Shown one piece after another: positions 38,035-49,779 of a DNA stretch of 64,000 nucleotides (its first letter is position 1; each line of letters starts with the position of its first letter). This stretch comes from Hydrolagus affinis (lineage: Eukaryota). The stretch is taken from NCBI GenBank assembly GCA_012026655.1, contig JAAILG010000012.1:1-64000 (forward strand), read 5' to 3'. Below the pieces are notes generated by a model. It saw only the letters and a program-made list of their open reading frames with translations. It had not been told where the DNA came from and did no database searches. The translations under genes were made by a program, and so were the position numbers.

Positions 38035-38398
38035 GGTAGTTTGGAGCACTCGCCTCGAGAGGACCTGGGTTTGATTCCCAGGCTGAGTGAGAGATTTTAG
38101 GCAAGTTCCTTACTCCACACAACTCTGTCCACCTAGCAATAATACATGAACCCGGTTATTAGTTGATGGACAGATCGCTTTGCTGGAGGTAATAATCCCT
38201 TCCAAAAAATTATTATAATAATTTGGTCACTCAATCCACGATGGTTTGTTGGACACTGCTCTGTGCGATCGACTGCTGCGTTTCCCACAAAAAATATAGT
38301 CAAGCCACTTTACAGTATATTCTGTGAAGCGCTTTGAGACATCTCGAAGGTGTGATTAGGTGCTATATCAAATGCAAGGTTCATTAGGATTATTATTA
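38035..38398 (+). mobile_element. Long-variant SINE with about 70 extra nt in the body
   Basis: After TTACTCCACAC it continues AACTCTGTCCACCTAGCAATAATACATGAACCCGG...GCTGGAGG before rejoining TAATAATCCC. Confidence 0.8.
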
Positions 38399-38763
38399 CA
38401 GTTAAACCTTTATCATCCGGCACCCTCGGGACCTGCTCGGTGCCGGTTGATCAAATATGCCGGATATTCGAGCGGCAAGTTGCTGAGAATCTTACACAAA
38501 AAATTTACTTATTTTAAAGATACCATATTAATAATAGACTAAATAATAACAGAATATTGTATGGATACTTACCGATAAAGCATTCCAGCAGACTCGGTAA
38601 AATGATTGGTTAAAAAAAGCATTCCAGCGTTCGGTAAGTTTAATAAGTGCGCATGCGCAAAGTGAACCTACCGCGAGTGTCCCGGATCTCCCATTACAAT
38701 TGGGAGATGCCGGTTGGTTGAGTATGCCGATGGGTTGGGTACCGGATAAACAAGGTTTTACTG
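38399..38763. mobile_element. Non-autonomous Tc1/mariner-superfamily (Tigger/pogo-like) DNA transposon (MITE)
   Basis: TA|CAGTTAAACCTTTATCATCCGGCAC ... GTACCGGATAAACAAGGTTTTACTG|TA: imperfect ~25-bp TIRs starting CAGT, with a TA target duplication. No transposase ORF. Confidence 0.85.
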
Positions 38764-39524
38764 TATTTAAAGATGGTGAAGGGAAGGTTGGGGCTATGTA
38801 TACCACCGATGTGTGGCAGAGGGCCAGCAGCAGTCTCTTGCATCTACTGAGCTAAGTGTAACAATGGGAAAGTTACCACCAGTGTTCACAATGGTTTCAC
38901 AGCAAATCATCTTCTTATAATTGAATATTTTAGACCTTTGGTTGCCCTGTCCTTCTCAATAATGGATCTATACAGATGATGATTCCATGACATTAAGATG
39001 AAGGAATTATTTTATCTCATTATTTAAAGGTGCAGGAAACTGCTCAGCAACTTCTGTCAGGACTGCAGTGCATTAATAATTCAGGGTGAATGGTGTAACT
39101 CGCTGACAGAATGCTTAACTGAACTCCAAAAGCATTCGCTTTATCTGCACAGAAAAGTGTCAGTTGAGACAGACTGTCAATCATTTGTGTGTTTTCTGGC
39201 TTAAGGAATAAAAAACAAAGGATTATTATTATTTTTTTAAAGTCACCTCTTTTGCTTTTGATGTAGAAAGAACTATATTGACATTGACCTCGGGAACACG
39301 AAATAAACTATTGGAAAAGCACTTTCTTCTTTTGTTCAAAAAAGACTCAACTTTGAGAAGGAAAGGACAAGACTTCTTGAAGGTTTTTATTTCTTTAGAA
39401 AATATTTTCTTCATTTGAAAGTGTTGGACCCATTCAATTTTTCAGTAGACTCCTTTTATGCATCCATCCGTAAATCTAGTTGATGAAAATTTATCTAGTG
39501 GCTTTCCAGTTTTTCATTCTACTA

Positions 39525-39645
39525 GGAATGAGGCCAAGGCATTGTATGTTTTCAAAAAAAAAGTTAGATGCTGTAATGGGAGGATGGTAGAAAGATGAAA
39601 TCGAATAGGCTGAAAGACTTTCTTCAGATAAAGTTCTCTTGTGAT
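39525..39645 (+). mobile_element. Degraded CR1-like LINE 3' end
   Basis: EAKALYVFKKKLD-like ORF2 end, followed by a GAATAGGCTGAAAGAC...TTCTCTTGTGATT tail resembling the CR1 3' UTR. Confidence 0.5.
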
Positions 39646-42618
39646 TACACTTTTACTTAAAAAAAAAACCATTGCTTTTTCCTATTCTCCTTTCCCTTGT
39701 TCTTGAGGTTCTCAAATGGCAGAAAAAGTTCACGAATCATAGGTTTCTAAATCCGTCCTAATCATCAGATATTCAATTAAATTGCCAAACCTTCTGCTTT
39801 GGTCGAGAGGGAAACATCCTGAGCTAGACCACCATTAACTCTATTGAATCCATTCAACATTTACTAAACTGTGGCAAGTTTGGAAGTGTGAAAACCTTTC
39901 GGTACAATGCTAAAATACATTTGCAAAAGCAAATAAAACACAAATTTCTGCACCGGATTATAAAACAGTAAATTATTCTTAAATAGCGTAGAAATTCTGT
40001 TTAAAAGTTCCAGTAGATAAATTTAAATCGCATCAGTTGGGCCCACATTGTGATACTGTATTGCAAAACAAATTTGGAATGGTTGTCATTTGGAATCATA
40101 TTTTTGATTGAAACTCAAATCAGAATTACTGACCATATTATGTGTAAATAATATTTAACTTATAAATATTACAGATATATAAGGATATACTAAAGTCCAT
40201 CATAGTTATACTGGGCCCCATTTGTCACATTTTTGCTGCAGGTAGTGCTGCAGTTTTGAATATCTACAAATACTTTGCCATCTCCAAAATGTTTAGCCTC
40301 TAACTATGTTCTATCACTATTATAAAGTTGCTAAAATTATGCTTTCTGTAAATTAGATCCAAACGCTCTGTGTTCAAGCAAAGTGAAATGCCACTGACCA
40401 AATTGCAAATACTGTACTAATAATCGGCACGCAGTATGACTGCTTTAGCTTCATGCATGAGTAATGTATCCAGCTGCTTGTCTGTAATAGTCATAATAGA
40501 TGTGGAGGTCTTGTTTGAGACGTATTGAAATGCAGAACAGAGATAAACATTCTGTAATTTACTGACGCACCAGGAGGCTGCCTATCATGGCTGGAGCTTT
40601 CATAAAAGAAGCAGCTTGCCAAAGTTCATTTCAGATGGATCATTTCGCCCACAGAATATACAGTCAATTCACTTTACAGTGTATTCTATGAAACGCCTTG
40701 AAAAGTCTCTGTCATGAAAAGGCACTAAATGCAAGGATTATTATGATTATTATTGTCATCCATGTTTCCTCATTCCTTTTATAAAAGCCAAATGTATCCT
40801 TCAGGCACCGCATGGGAATTGTATAAAATGACTTCTCCCCAAATCCTGTGGCTGTCTCCATTTGTCTCTGTGTTGTAAATCTTTATAGTGGTAAGTGTGG
40901 GCTGAGATGTGAACAGCAACCTGGAAGCCTGGGTGTCCAGGACATCCAATTTAACCCTAGCTTTGATAGTATTCACTTGTCCCGACACAGTTGTGTGGGC
41001 CAGGACAGTGCAAGGATGGGGGACTTGGTGCAGTGCGGGATCTCGAACCGGTTTCTCATCTATCTCCTAGAGGAGAAGCATTAGACTCCAAGGTTGTCCT
41101 CAATCCTCTCCTATTGATGGACAGTCCTGGAGCCAAGTAGTTGGAGGAGATGTGAAGGGGGGAGCTCAGTCAAGGTCAGCTTTCATTGGATGTGTTGGAG
41201 CTACATGGAAGCAATCGCGGTATTGATGTGGAAGTTGGCCACAGATGTTATTATTATCTGACCCTTGTAAAACTACTTGCCTTTTCCAATGATGCTCTTC
41301 TGACTCATTGAATCCACTTGCAGCAAGTGCCCCATCAGTCTGCGCCAACTTGGTAATGCAGAAAGTTTTATGGAGGAGAGCGGCTGGCGGGGATGCATTA
41401 ACCTTCTTGTTCAGGCGGAGATTTGTGGGGAGGTGTTGATCCAAGTATTGGTGCTTTTAAACCGGTGATGCCAGAAGACCCAGAAACACACAAACAAAAT
41501 ACAACAAATTAACATTTGTGCAGCGCCTTTCACATCGAGAGGATGATCCCAAGGCACTGCACAAAACATGGCTGCACTTTTTCTTGTGTGATGTTGCGTT
41601 ATCAGATGTACTTTTGGTTTCCTCTTTGCCCAGGGGAATTTGGAGAGAGATTTGTGGAGGCTCCAGATTTATTTTCCTGGGATCCAGATGAGCAACATCT
41701 GACAGAAGTGTTCAATGATGATATTTTTGCCCCCCCAGTGTTAATGCCATTTGGACACAGCATCCGTTTCATGATCTGCCATTATATTCGAAGTGCCATG
41801 AAATAAAGCATTTGTCGCATAACTGAATATATCTATTCGTGATATTCTTACGTGATGTTCTTCGCAACACAATGGGGGAAATTTCCCAATGTTTACTGCC
41901 ATTTAATATAAATTGATTTATTAATCAAGTTGCACCACAGACTTGTACCCACTGTGTAAGGATTATTTTTAACTTTAATTGTGCAATAAAATAGCATTTA
42001 ATGAGTGGTAAAGGGTAAAACAAACTATAGTAACTCATTGGACATTGAAAAGATACATACTATGATTATCGCAGAAATGTTCAATTAAAAAATTTATTAT
42101 TCATCAACAAAGTAACTTTAGTTTTTACAGTTTCATCACTACTATTTTGTAATAAACAGGGCAACATCATTAATGATTCCAGTAATACAATTCGAGAGGA
42201 AGAGAATTTGAAGAATTAGCAGTCTCCTTTAAGCATGGTTTTAATTTAACTGGAACATGTATCGTTTTACTATCGAGTAACATTTGCTATTGCACTGGGA
42301 CCTCCTTATACTCTAAACAGTACTTTTAATGAAAATATGCCTGGTGTTAGGAGGTATCTTTCAAGTGAGCTGATTTTTGTAGTGAGGTTAATGAATTGAT
42401 TTTAACCAGAATTTTTTGAGTCAGAATCTATTAGATTTGCGAGGAACGTTGCGTCTGAAAAGGTAGCAAAATAAATTGAGGTCAATCCGGAAAGGAATGT
42501 ACAAAGACCAGGCAAATTATGCATTTGCACACTTTGAAAAGACCTGATAAAATGCCAATGTTGGTTTAAAATGACGTACTTCATAAGTAATGAGCTTTCC
42601 AAGCATTCCTTCCTGCAG

Positions 42619-42790
42619 AAAGAAGCAAAACACAAAATACTACAGATGCTGGGAATCTGAAACAAAAACAAAAATTGCTGGGGAAACTCAGTTCTGATGA
42701 AGCGTTGTGGACCCAAAACGTTGACTCTTTTTCCTTTCTCCATGGATGCTGCCTGACCTGCTGAGTTTCCCCAGCAACTTTTGTTTTTGT
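42619..42790 (+). mobile_element. Short Penelope-like retroelement fragment with an inverted 5' arm, a degenerate hammerhead core and a 13-bp target-site duplication
   Basis: Direct repeat TTCCTTCCTGCAG at 42606-42618 and 42791-42803. 33-bp inverted arms at 42659-42691 and 42761-42793 (1 mismatch). CTGATGA at 42694-42700. Confidence 0.75.
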
Positions 42791-42881
42791 TTCCTTCCTG
42801 CAGCTTGTGTGAGGTTTAGCTTTTTAGATCTATTTGAGCAAGGGTGGAGTACTTTTTCTAAGTTTATAATAATGATCAATT

Positions 42882-43195
42882 TAATAATCCTTCATATAGC
42901 TCTTTTCAAATCCACTAGATGTCTCAAAGCGCTTCACAGTATATACTGTAAAGTGAATTGACTGTATATTTGTGGGCGAAACGCAGTATTCAATTGTGCA
43001 CAGCAGCATCCCCACAAACAGTCGTAGATCGAACTGACCAATTTTATTATTGTGTGTTTTTTGGAGGGATTATTATTAGGCGTGCGTGTGGAGTAAGGAA
43101 ACTTGCCCAAGGTTTCACCCTGACCTGCCTGGATTCGAAACAGGTCTCATGCTTGTAAGGCGAGTGCGCTAACCACTGAGCTGCAGGAGCTCCAC
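42882..43195 (-). mobile_element. Full-length SINE
   Basis: Matches the family consensus. Confidence 0.9.
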
Positions 43196-44116
43196 AATGT
43201 TGGTTTACGGTGGAGAGTTGCTTGCGTCTGTGATTGCATCTCCCACCATTTCCTTCCACGGTGTATTGTTGATGAAATACATTGTGCCGCTGTGCCTGAT
43301 ATTTGTCCTTGCATTGTATTTTTCTGAATGGCAAACCTGCTCATTGAAATCACATTTTTGTAATGATTGTATGTTCCCCGCTTGCTACAGTATATAATAA
43401 TCTGCTCTTCTGTGTTAAGTGACTCTCTGACAGAAACCAAAACTAAAGTACCCAAATCCTACTGCAGCAACATGGAATTGTACTTCAACAGTTTTGTACT
43501 CGGGACTGGGACGATTCTCTTTGAGACACCGCTTTACTGTCGTAGATCTACGGTTATATATAGAATTTTTGAACAAAAGGACCTCCAGGATGGTTTCAGC
43601 CTATAATTAGGATCGAGTTGCCATTTTCTCCTCTTTGTGCCATCAATAAAGCTTCACGTCAGGCTGGCATTTCTAATAATAAAGTGGATATGAATACGTT
43701 CTGTAAATCGCAATACTCCATCAGTAAATGTGCAGAATGTGATGTGTGCAAAATGGAAACATGTACAGAAACTGTTGCAGTAAAGCCTGCAGAATCTTTG
43801 CAGTCTTCAGCTGCAAACAGAGGGGGGATTTAACTACTCAGCTGTTGCATATTTGGGTACACCAGTATCCTCAGTTGCCTCCAGCACTAAGCCCAAACCC
43901 TCTTGACCAGCTGTAATTTGAAATCATTCAGTTCCATTGGATTTAATAAACAGAATGAGGTGCTTGAAATGTACAAATGAATGAGGTGTCAAGGGCCAGA
44001 GGTGATGAAGGCCAGTAAATAGTTTACGGCAGAGATTTAACTGTTATTTGGAAATGTACGGTGGGTAATTTTTAGGTATGAAACAAAACGACTGCTTGCA
44101 TGCATTTATACAGCCC

Positions 44117-44290
44117 TTAACAGCGAGGGAAGTGACTGTAAGCGTGGTCAAGAAGGAAGGTCTTTAAGGGCGTGATTTGAAAATGGGGAAGGAGGGGGCG
44201 AGGAGTAAGGGTGAGGAAGGGAGAGGGTTCCAAAGTTTTGGCGTGAAATGGCTGGAAGCGTGGCTGCTGATACTTGCCTTGCGGTTGAGA
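44117..44290 (-). mobile_element. Degraded L2 ORF2 C-terminal fragment, followed by a plus-strand SINE tail (~44295-44401)
   Basis: Translation across a frameshift gives SHFTPKLWNPLP...FKSR / LKTFLLDHAYSH. Confidence 0.75.
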
Positions 44291-45199
44291 TATATTTGCC
44301 CACATATATACAGTTGATTCACGTTACAGTATATTCTGTGAAGCGCTTTGAGATGGCTAGAAGACGTGAAAAGCACTATATTAAATGTGAGGATTATTAT
44401 TCTTGTGCTTGAGAAGAGTTTTGACTCGACTCAAACGCATGCTTTCTCCTGCAAAACCAGACTGCTTCTCACTAACGGCTTGTAACTGTGACAATTTGCC
44501 TGCAAAGGATGCAAGCACAATGCACACCTCAGAGCAAAAGGGTGCGTTTGACCACCTGAAATTATCTCATCATCATTAAACCGATTAGCCACAGCAGGGA
44601 TGGGGGAGAAACAGTGGCCGGAGACAAGCATGAGATCATTTCATGTCGAACAGGAGGGAATGGAATCGGAAACCGTGTGAAAGGCACTGATCATGGTTCA
44701 TCCTTTACCCAAACACTGCAATAATATAAGATTTAGCTGTTTCCTTTTGTACTCTGCAAGATTACTTCAAGATTATTGAATCCATTAATAACGGCTTTGC
44801 TTGCCTGCAGTGCTGGCAAATCACCAAGGCTACAAAGAAAATAAAGCACGGTGTGAAATGCCTTATGGGCTAGAAGTCGTTTTTTTGGGGAGGATTTCAT
44901 TCGCTTGTGGGGTTGGTGGAGGTGGGGGAGGAGAAAAAAAAAACGTTTTAATTGAGCAGAACATAGACTTCTGACTTCAAAGCTCAAATCTCAATGCTGC
45001 ATCTCCTGTTATACTTAGCTGTTTATTGCACCACACACTATTGTAACCATACTACAACAACAACAACAAAATTACACTTGTAAATAGTGCCTTTCACGGC
45101 AGGAGGATGTCCCAAGGCGCGACTATAATTCATATGCAGAGTGCGCATGGTTTGGATGAGTCAGTCTGAGTGTCTCATTATTTAATTGTCCTTTCCCTC

Positions 45200-45306
45200 C
45201 CTCCCCACCTTCAATTACTGCTTCCTTTTTGATCGTGCGTATGGTCCCCTCCCTCCCTCCCTCCCTCCCTCCCTCCCTCCCTCCCCCCCTCCCTCCCTCC
45301 CCCCTC
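45200..45306 (+). repeat. L2 ORF2 end remnant (FLFDRAY) followed by a (CCCT)n microsatellite
   Basis: TTCCTTTTTGATCGTGCGTAT then a ccctccct array. Confidence 0.7.
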
Positions 45307-47202
45307 GATGGTATGTCGGTTACAGTATAATGTATACTATGAATCACTTTGAGACATTTCACCGTGAAAAAGGCACTAGATTTAATGCAAGGATTTATTG
45401 ATTGTAATTAATCCATCATCCCTTGAATGCCTTGGATATCTGAAACATCTGCACCCACGTTTGGTGGAACTGGACTATCTTTGCATTAGATCTTGCATTT
45501 CGCACATGCCTCAAGCCTCAGTGACTTAACACAATGAACTATTCCACTCTGTAATTATGCAGATGTTGTCTTGTCCAAAACATGCAAATCAGTGTTAATG
45601 ATCCACAATACATCTGCTAGAATAGTTCTCAAGGCGCAACTGTTAGTCATTGTCTTATACAACCGACAGGGTTCCCTGCAGCTTTAGGGTGGAGGTGATC
45701 TCAATGCGATTACTCAGATTTATAAAATTTTAAATGAAGCAGGGATGCCAACACAACTAAACTGCCTGAATTATCATCTTCTGCAAAGCAGAGTACAGCA
45801 TAATTCTGTCATTATGATACAATTCTACGACTCCAACTCCTAATGACTAACATAAATGTTGTTTTATACAGTACTCCTCTTTTGCGCAGCTTTGCAGCTC
45901 GTGTTTTCCAAAGCAGAATGCTTGCCTTCGTTATGGACTATTAGGACATTCTTCCATTTGTTGTGTTACATTTTAATAAAAAAAAGCACTCTGATCTGCT
46001 TTTGTTTTAAATGCCAAACAATGGTGAGATGTGTTCAGGGACACAGTTTCCAAAGTGCTTATTCCTCCGAGGGATGGATATATTGGATTGGGGACTGCAG
46101 TTGGATCCAGTTTCCAAGATTCATTTAGGCTTTTTTCATATTTTGTTAACTAGCTTTATTGCCTTAACAACCTTTTAATCATGTAGACAAGGGAATATAT
46201 AAATAGTTTCTAAATCCATTACAAAATTCTACAGACCCTGTTGACCAATCTGTAATTCTGGCAGTTTTATGTCTTTATGGCTTGGATATGAAAAGTAATT
46301 ATTTGAGTAGTTTGCGCCCAGGTGCCATCCATACAATGATATCCCTATTAATAGCAAACCTAACTATGTCGTTTATTGAGAATAGAAAATGTTGACTTAT
46401 GTTTCCTTCATGATGCATACAGAGTAATGAACATGGCATCAAAAGATAATTAAGACTTGTGCTGCAATAAAAGGGATCCTAAACTGATTCCTTGAGTGTT
46501 CAAATGCTTTACCTCTTGTGACGTCTTGTCTATCGTCTGTTCTCCTTTTGGATGTGTGAACATTCTGATGCTTTGGGATTACTGATTTTGTGAACAAATG
46601 TTTGCTACAAAAGGACACTCAAATAATCCTTGCTTGTGTAAGGCGTTTTTCAACTCATGCCCAGCTTTATTTGTAATAAAAAAAAGATGACATTTTATCC
46701 TGCTTTATGTTTAACATGGCTGTGATCTAATCTAATACTGTACAGCAGTTAACCTTCTGAAGATTCATTTATTTGGGAGATTCTAAATTTTTTCTTATTC
46801 TGTGCAATTACTTTATGTGGGCATTTTTCAAATTTTATCCTATTTTTGTTCCCCCCCACACCCGACTCCCCTGAATGCTTATTTAAATGTTTTATTTTCA
46901 GCATTACAGAGAGACTACCATACAGAATAAATACGCAAGAGAGCAGTGTTTAATAATAAGACACTCAAATTGATATTGCACTTCTGTCTCTCTTAATCTC
47001 CATTTCCCCAGGCAGTCACTTGTGATCTCTATACTTATATCCTCTTTCCATTAGCAGTTGTTTAATCCGCAGCTGTTCCTTTTGTAATTATTATTTTTGC
47101 ATTTTATGTAATTCTCTCAACTTCAGAGATTTGCAATATTTCTGGTAACAGACTAACGTTGATCATGTCCTCCTATGCCCCCACTATAAATACAATTACA
47201 CG

Positions 47203-47482
47203 AGAGACCTGTAGCTCAGTGGTTAGAGCACTCGCCTTGCAAGTGAGAGACGTGGGTTCAATACACGGCAGGACAAAACCTTGGACAAGTTTCCTTACTC
47301 CACACGCCTGATAATAATCCCTCAGAAAACAAACTGTTCATCTCAATCCACGACTGTTTGTGGGACACCGCTGTGCGCAACTGGCTGCCACATTTTGCCC
47401 ATAAATATACAGTAAATGCTGTGAAGCACTTTGGCACGTCCTCCTGACGTGAAAGGTGCTATACTGCCTGCAAGGATCATTA
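47203..47482 (+). mobile_element. SINE whose 3' end resembles the L2 tail
   Basis: Head and body match the consensus; tail reads ACGTCCTCCTGACGTGAAAGGTGCT. Confidence 0.85.
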
Positions 47483-47997
47483 GTATTGTCAGAGGAAACC
47501 TTTGGACAAAATTCCAATATCAGTTCATCAATTTCCTACAATATAATGGCCTGAATCTGACATCAAATACAGCTCACCAAAGACTTTTGATGGTAATTCT
47601 GTACCCTCGAGACCAAGGTTTCATAATTGTTATTCAATCCACTCGTAATCAAGTTTCTTCACATAAATTTTTTTTTGCGGAAATCTGGTTTGTAAAACAG
47701 TGAATGCTCAGTTGGCACAGGAGTGGGTTTGGGGAATACAGATGCATTATATTGAGATGCAGGTGGACTTTGAGAGGCAACTGCAGTGTTCAAAATCTTC
47801 TGGACGATATCAAACAATTTTCAAGACAAAGCAAAACCAACACTTTGAAGATTAAAAAGCCTGTCTTTAACCATTATTTAGCATTTGCAGTTTCTAAGCG
47901 TATGGAGATGCTACCCAGCGTGGAGGGCGCTATTGAAGCCCTTGTTGTTGTTGTTGTTATTTCATACCAATTATTATTATTGATGTCATAAGTAACA

Positions 47998-48304
47998 TGT
48001 GGAGTCTTGTAGCTCAGTGTCTAGAGCACTCACCTTACAAACGTGAGACCTTTTTTTCGAATCCAGGCAGGTCAGGTACTCCACACGCCTAATAATAATC
48101 CCTCCCCACAAAAAACACCACAATAAACTTGGTTATTTCAATCCTTGAGTGTTTGTGGGACACTGCTGTGAGCAATTGGCTGCTGTGGTTCGCCCACAAA
48201 TATACAGTCAATTCACTTGACAGTATATTCTGTGAAGTGCTTTGAGACGTCTAGAAGACGTGAACAGTGCTATATCAAAATGCAAGGAATATTATTATTA
48301 TTAT
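47998..48304 (+). mobile_element. SINE with the CCTTGGGCAAG block deleted
   Basis: GGTCAGG is joined directly to TACTCCACACG. Confidence 0.88.
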
Positions 48305-49487
48305 CTTTTTAAACAAAAATATAATTTAATTTAAAATCCAACTCAGGTTGAATATCACAAATGGACCCTGCAGAAATGTAAATTTTTTTTTGCAACTGCG
48401 GAATTAAAATATCTCCAATATTCTTAAGCCTTTTACTGACTCGTTGTGATATGGTTAAGGTTTAGTGCAAAGGAGTGCAGCCCTCCCCCCAGAGGCTGGG
48501 AAAGAATAGAACGGGCATCCCTCAGTTATTTTGCTTAGAGCTCGAGCAATTTTCTACAGTGAAGTTCTGATATTCCCCAAAGATTTGATGGCACTTTCTT
48601 TGTACCATATAAAGATGGAAGCTTCAAGCGTTGTGGTCATTTCATACTAATTCTGCCGGAGCAGATTTTAGAATCCCAACATTTTAAAAGCCTCTGGACA
48701 GCACACTCATCTGCTGTGAAATGTGGCTTTGCTGGAAAGCTCTCAATTTTACAGACTAAATAAGAAGCCACTAAAAAGAAAATCGATGGATGTATACTAA
48801 CACAGCATAATGAAGGTGCATTTTATTGTAATTATTGAATACTGAGACCGTTTTGGATTGTCTTTATTTAGCATTTGAGACAGCAGCTATTTCATTCTGA
48901 GAATCTTTAGGTTGTGGCTACAACTCAGTCCTTCTTCCTCTTCGGTATATTCTGATCAATGAAGGAGGTCTGATTCCACTTAATCACATTTATTGCCTGC
49001 CAACATTCATTGATCTGTCGATAGATGTTTAATTTTTCACAGCAAAATCGATCTCATTGACACCTGCTTGTCATTGGGTTTGGGGGAATTTTGTATTGTA
49101 TGGTTTCACTGACTGACGTTCGAGTGAATCTGAATGAGTCCCTCGAATATCAATCAGTGCAACAATACAATATCAAATAACATTTACACAGTGCCTTTCT
49201 TATCGGAAGGACGTCTCAAGGCACTGGACACTCAGGGATTTGGACTCGAGCTGGGGGAGTTGGGATCGAGCAGTGTTCAAGATAGTTGTCGAAAAATCAA
49301 TGGGAAAGGTCAGAGTATCAGAAAATAATAATTTACCTTGGAATATTCCTAGAAGTGAATTGTGCTATGATTTGGGATTGTTGTAGTAGAATATTGTAGT
49401 GCAATTCAATAATCTGCATATTTTAATTATTTTACAGCAACATAATTTTCTAGTGTTTGATAATTAAGTTTTATCCCAATGTTTCCT

Positions 49488-49779
49488 ATTATAATAATTC
49501 TTGCATTTGATGTCGCGTTTTTCATGTCTTCTAGACATCTTGAAGCACTTCACAGAACTATAATGTAAATGTACATTTGGTGGATAAAATGCATCAGCAC
49601 ATAGCAGTGTCTCACAAACAGTTGAGGATTGAGATGACCAATTTATTGTTTTCTCTGAGGGATTATTATCAGGCACGTGGAGTAAGGAAACTTGCCCAAG
49701 GTTTCGCCCTGCCTGGAATCAAACCCAGGTCCCTCGCTTGAAAGGCGAGTGCTCTAACCACTGGTATATAGGGCTCCAC
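49488..49779 (-). mobile_element. Full-length SINE
   Basis: Matches the family consensus. Confidence 0.88.

Noticed and set aside
40900-41480. GC-richer stretch with faint L2-like peptides
   Set aside because: Probably scrambled LINE remnants, but too degraded to set strand or boundaries by eye.
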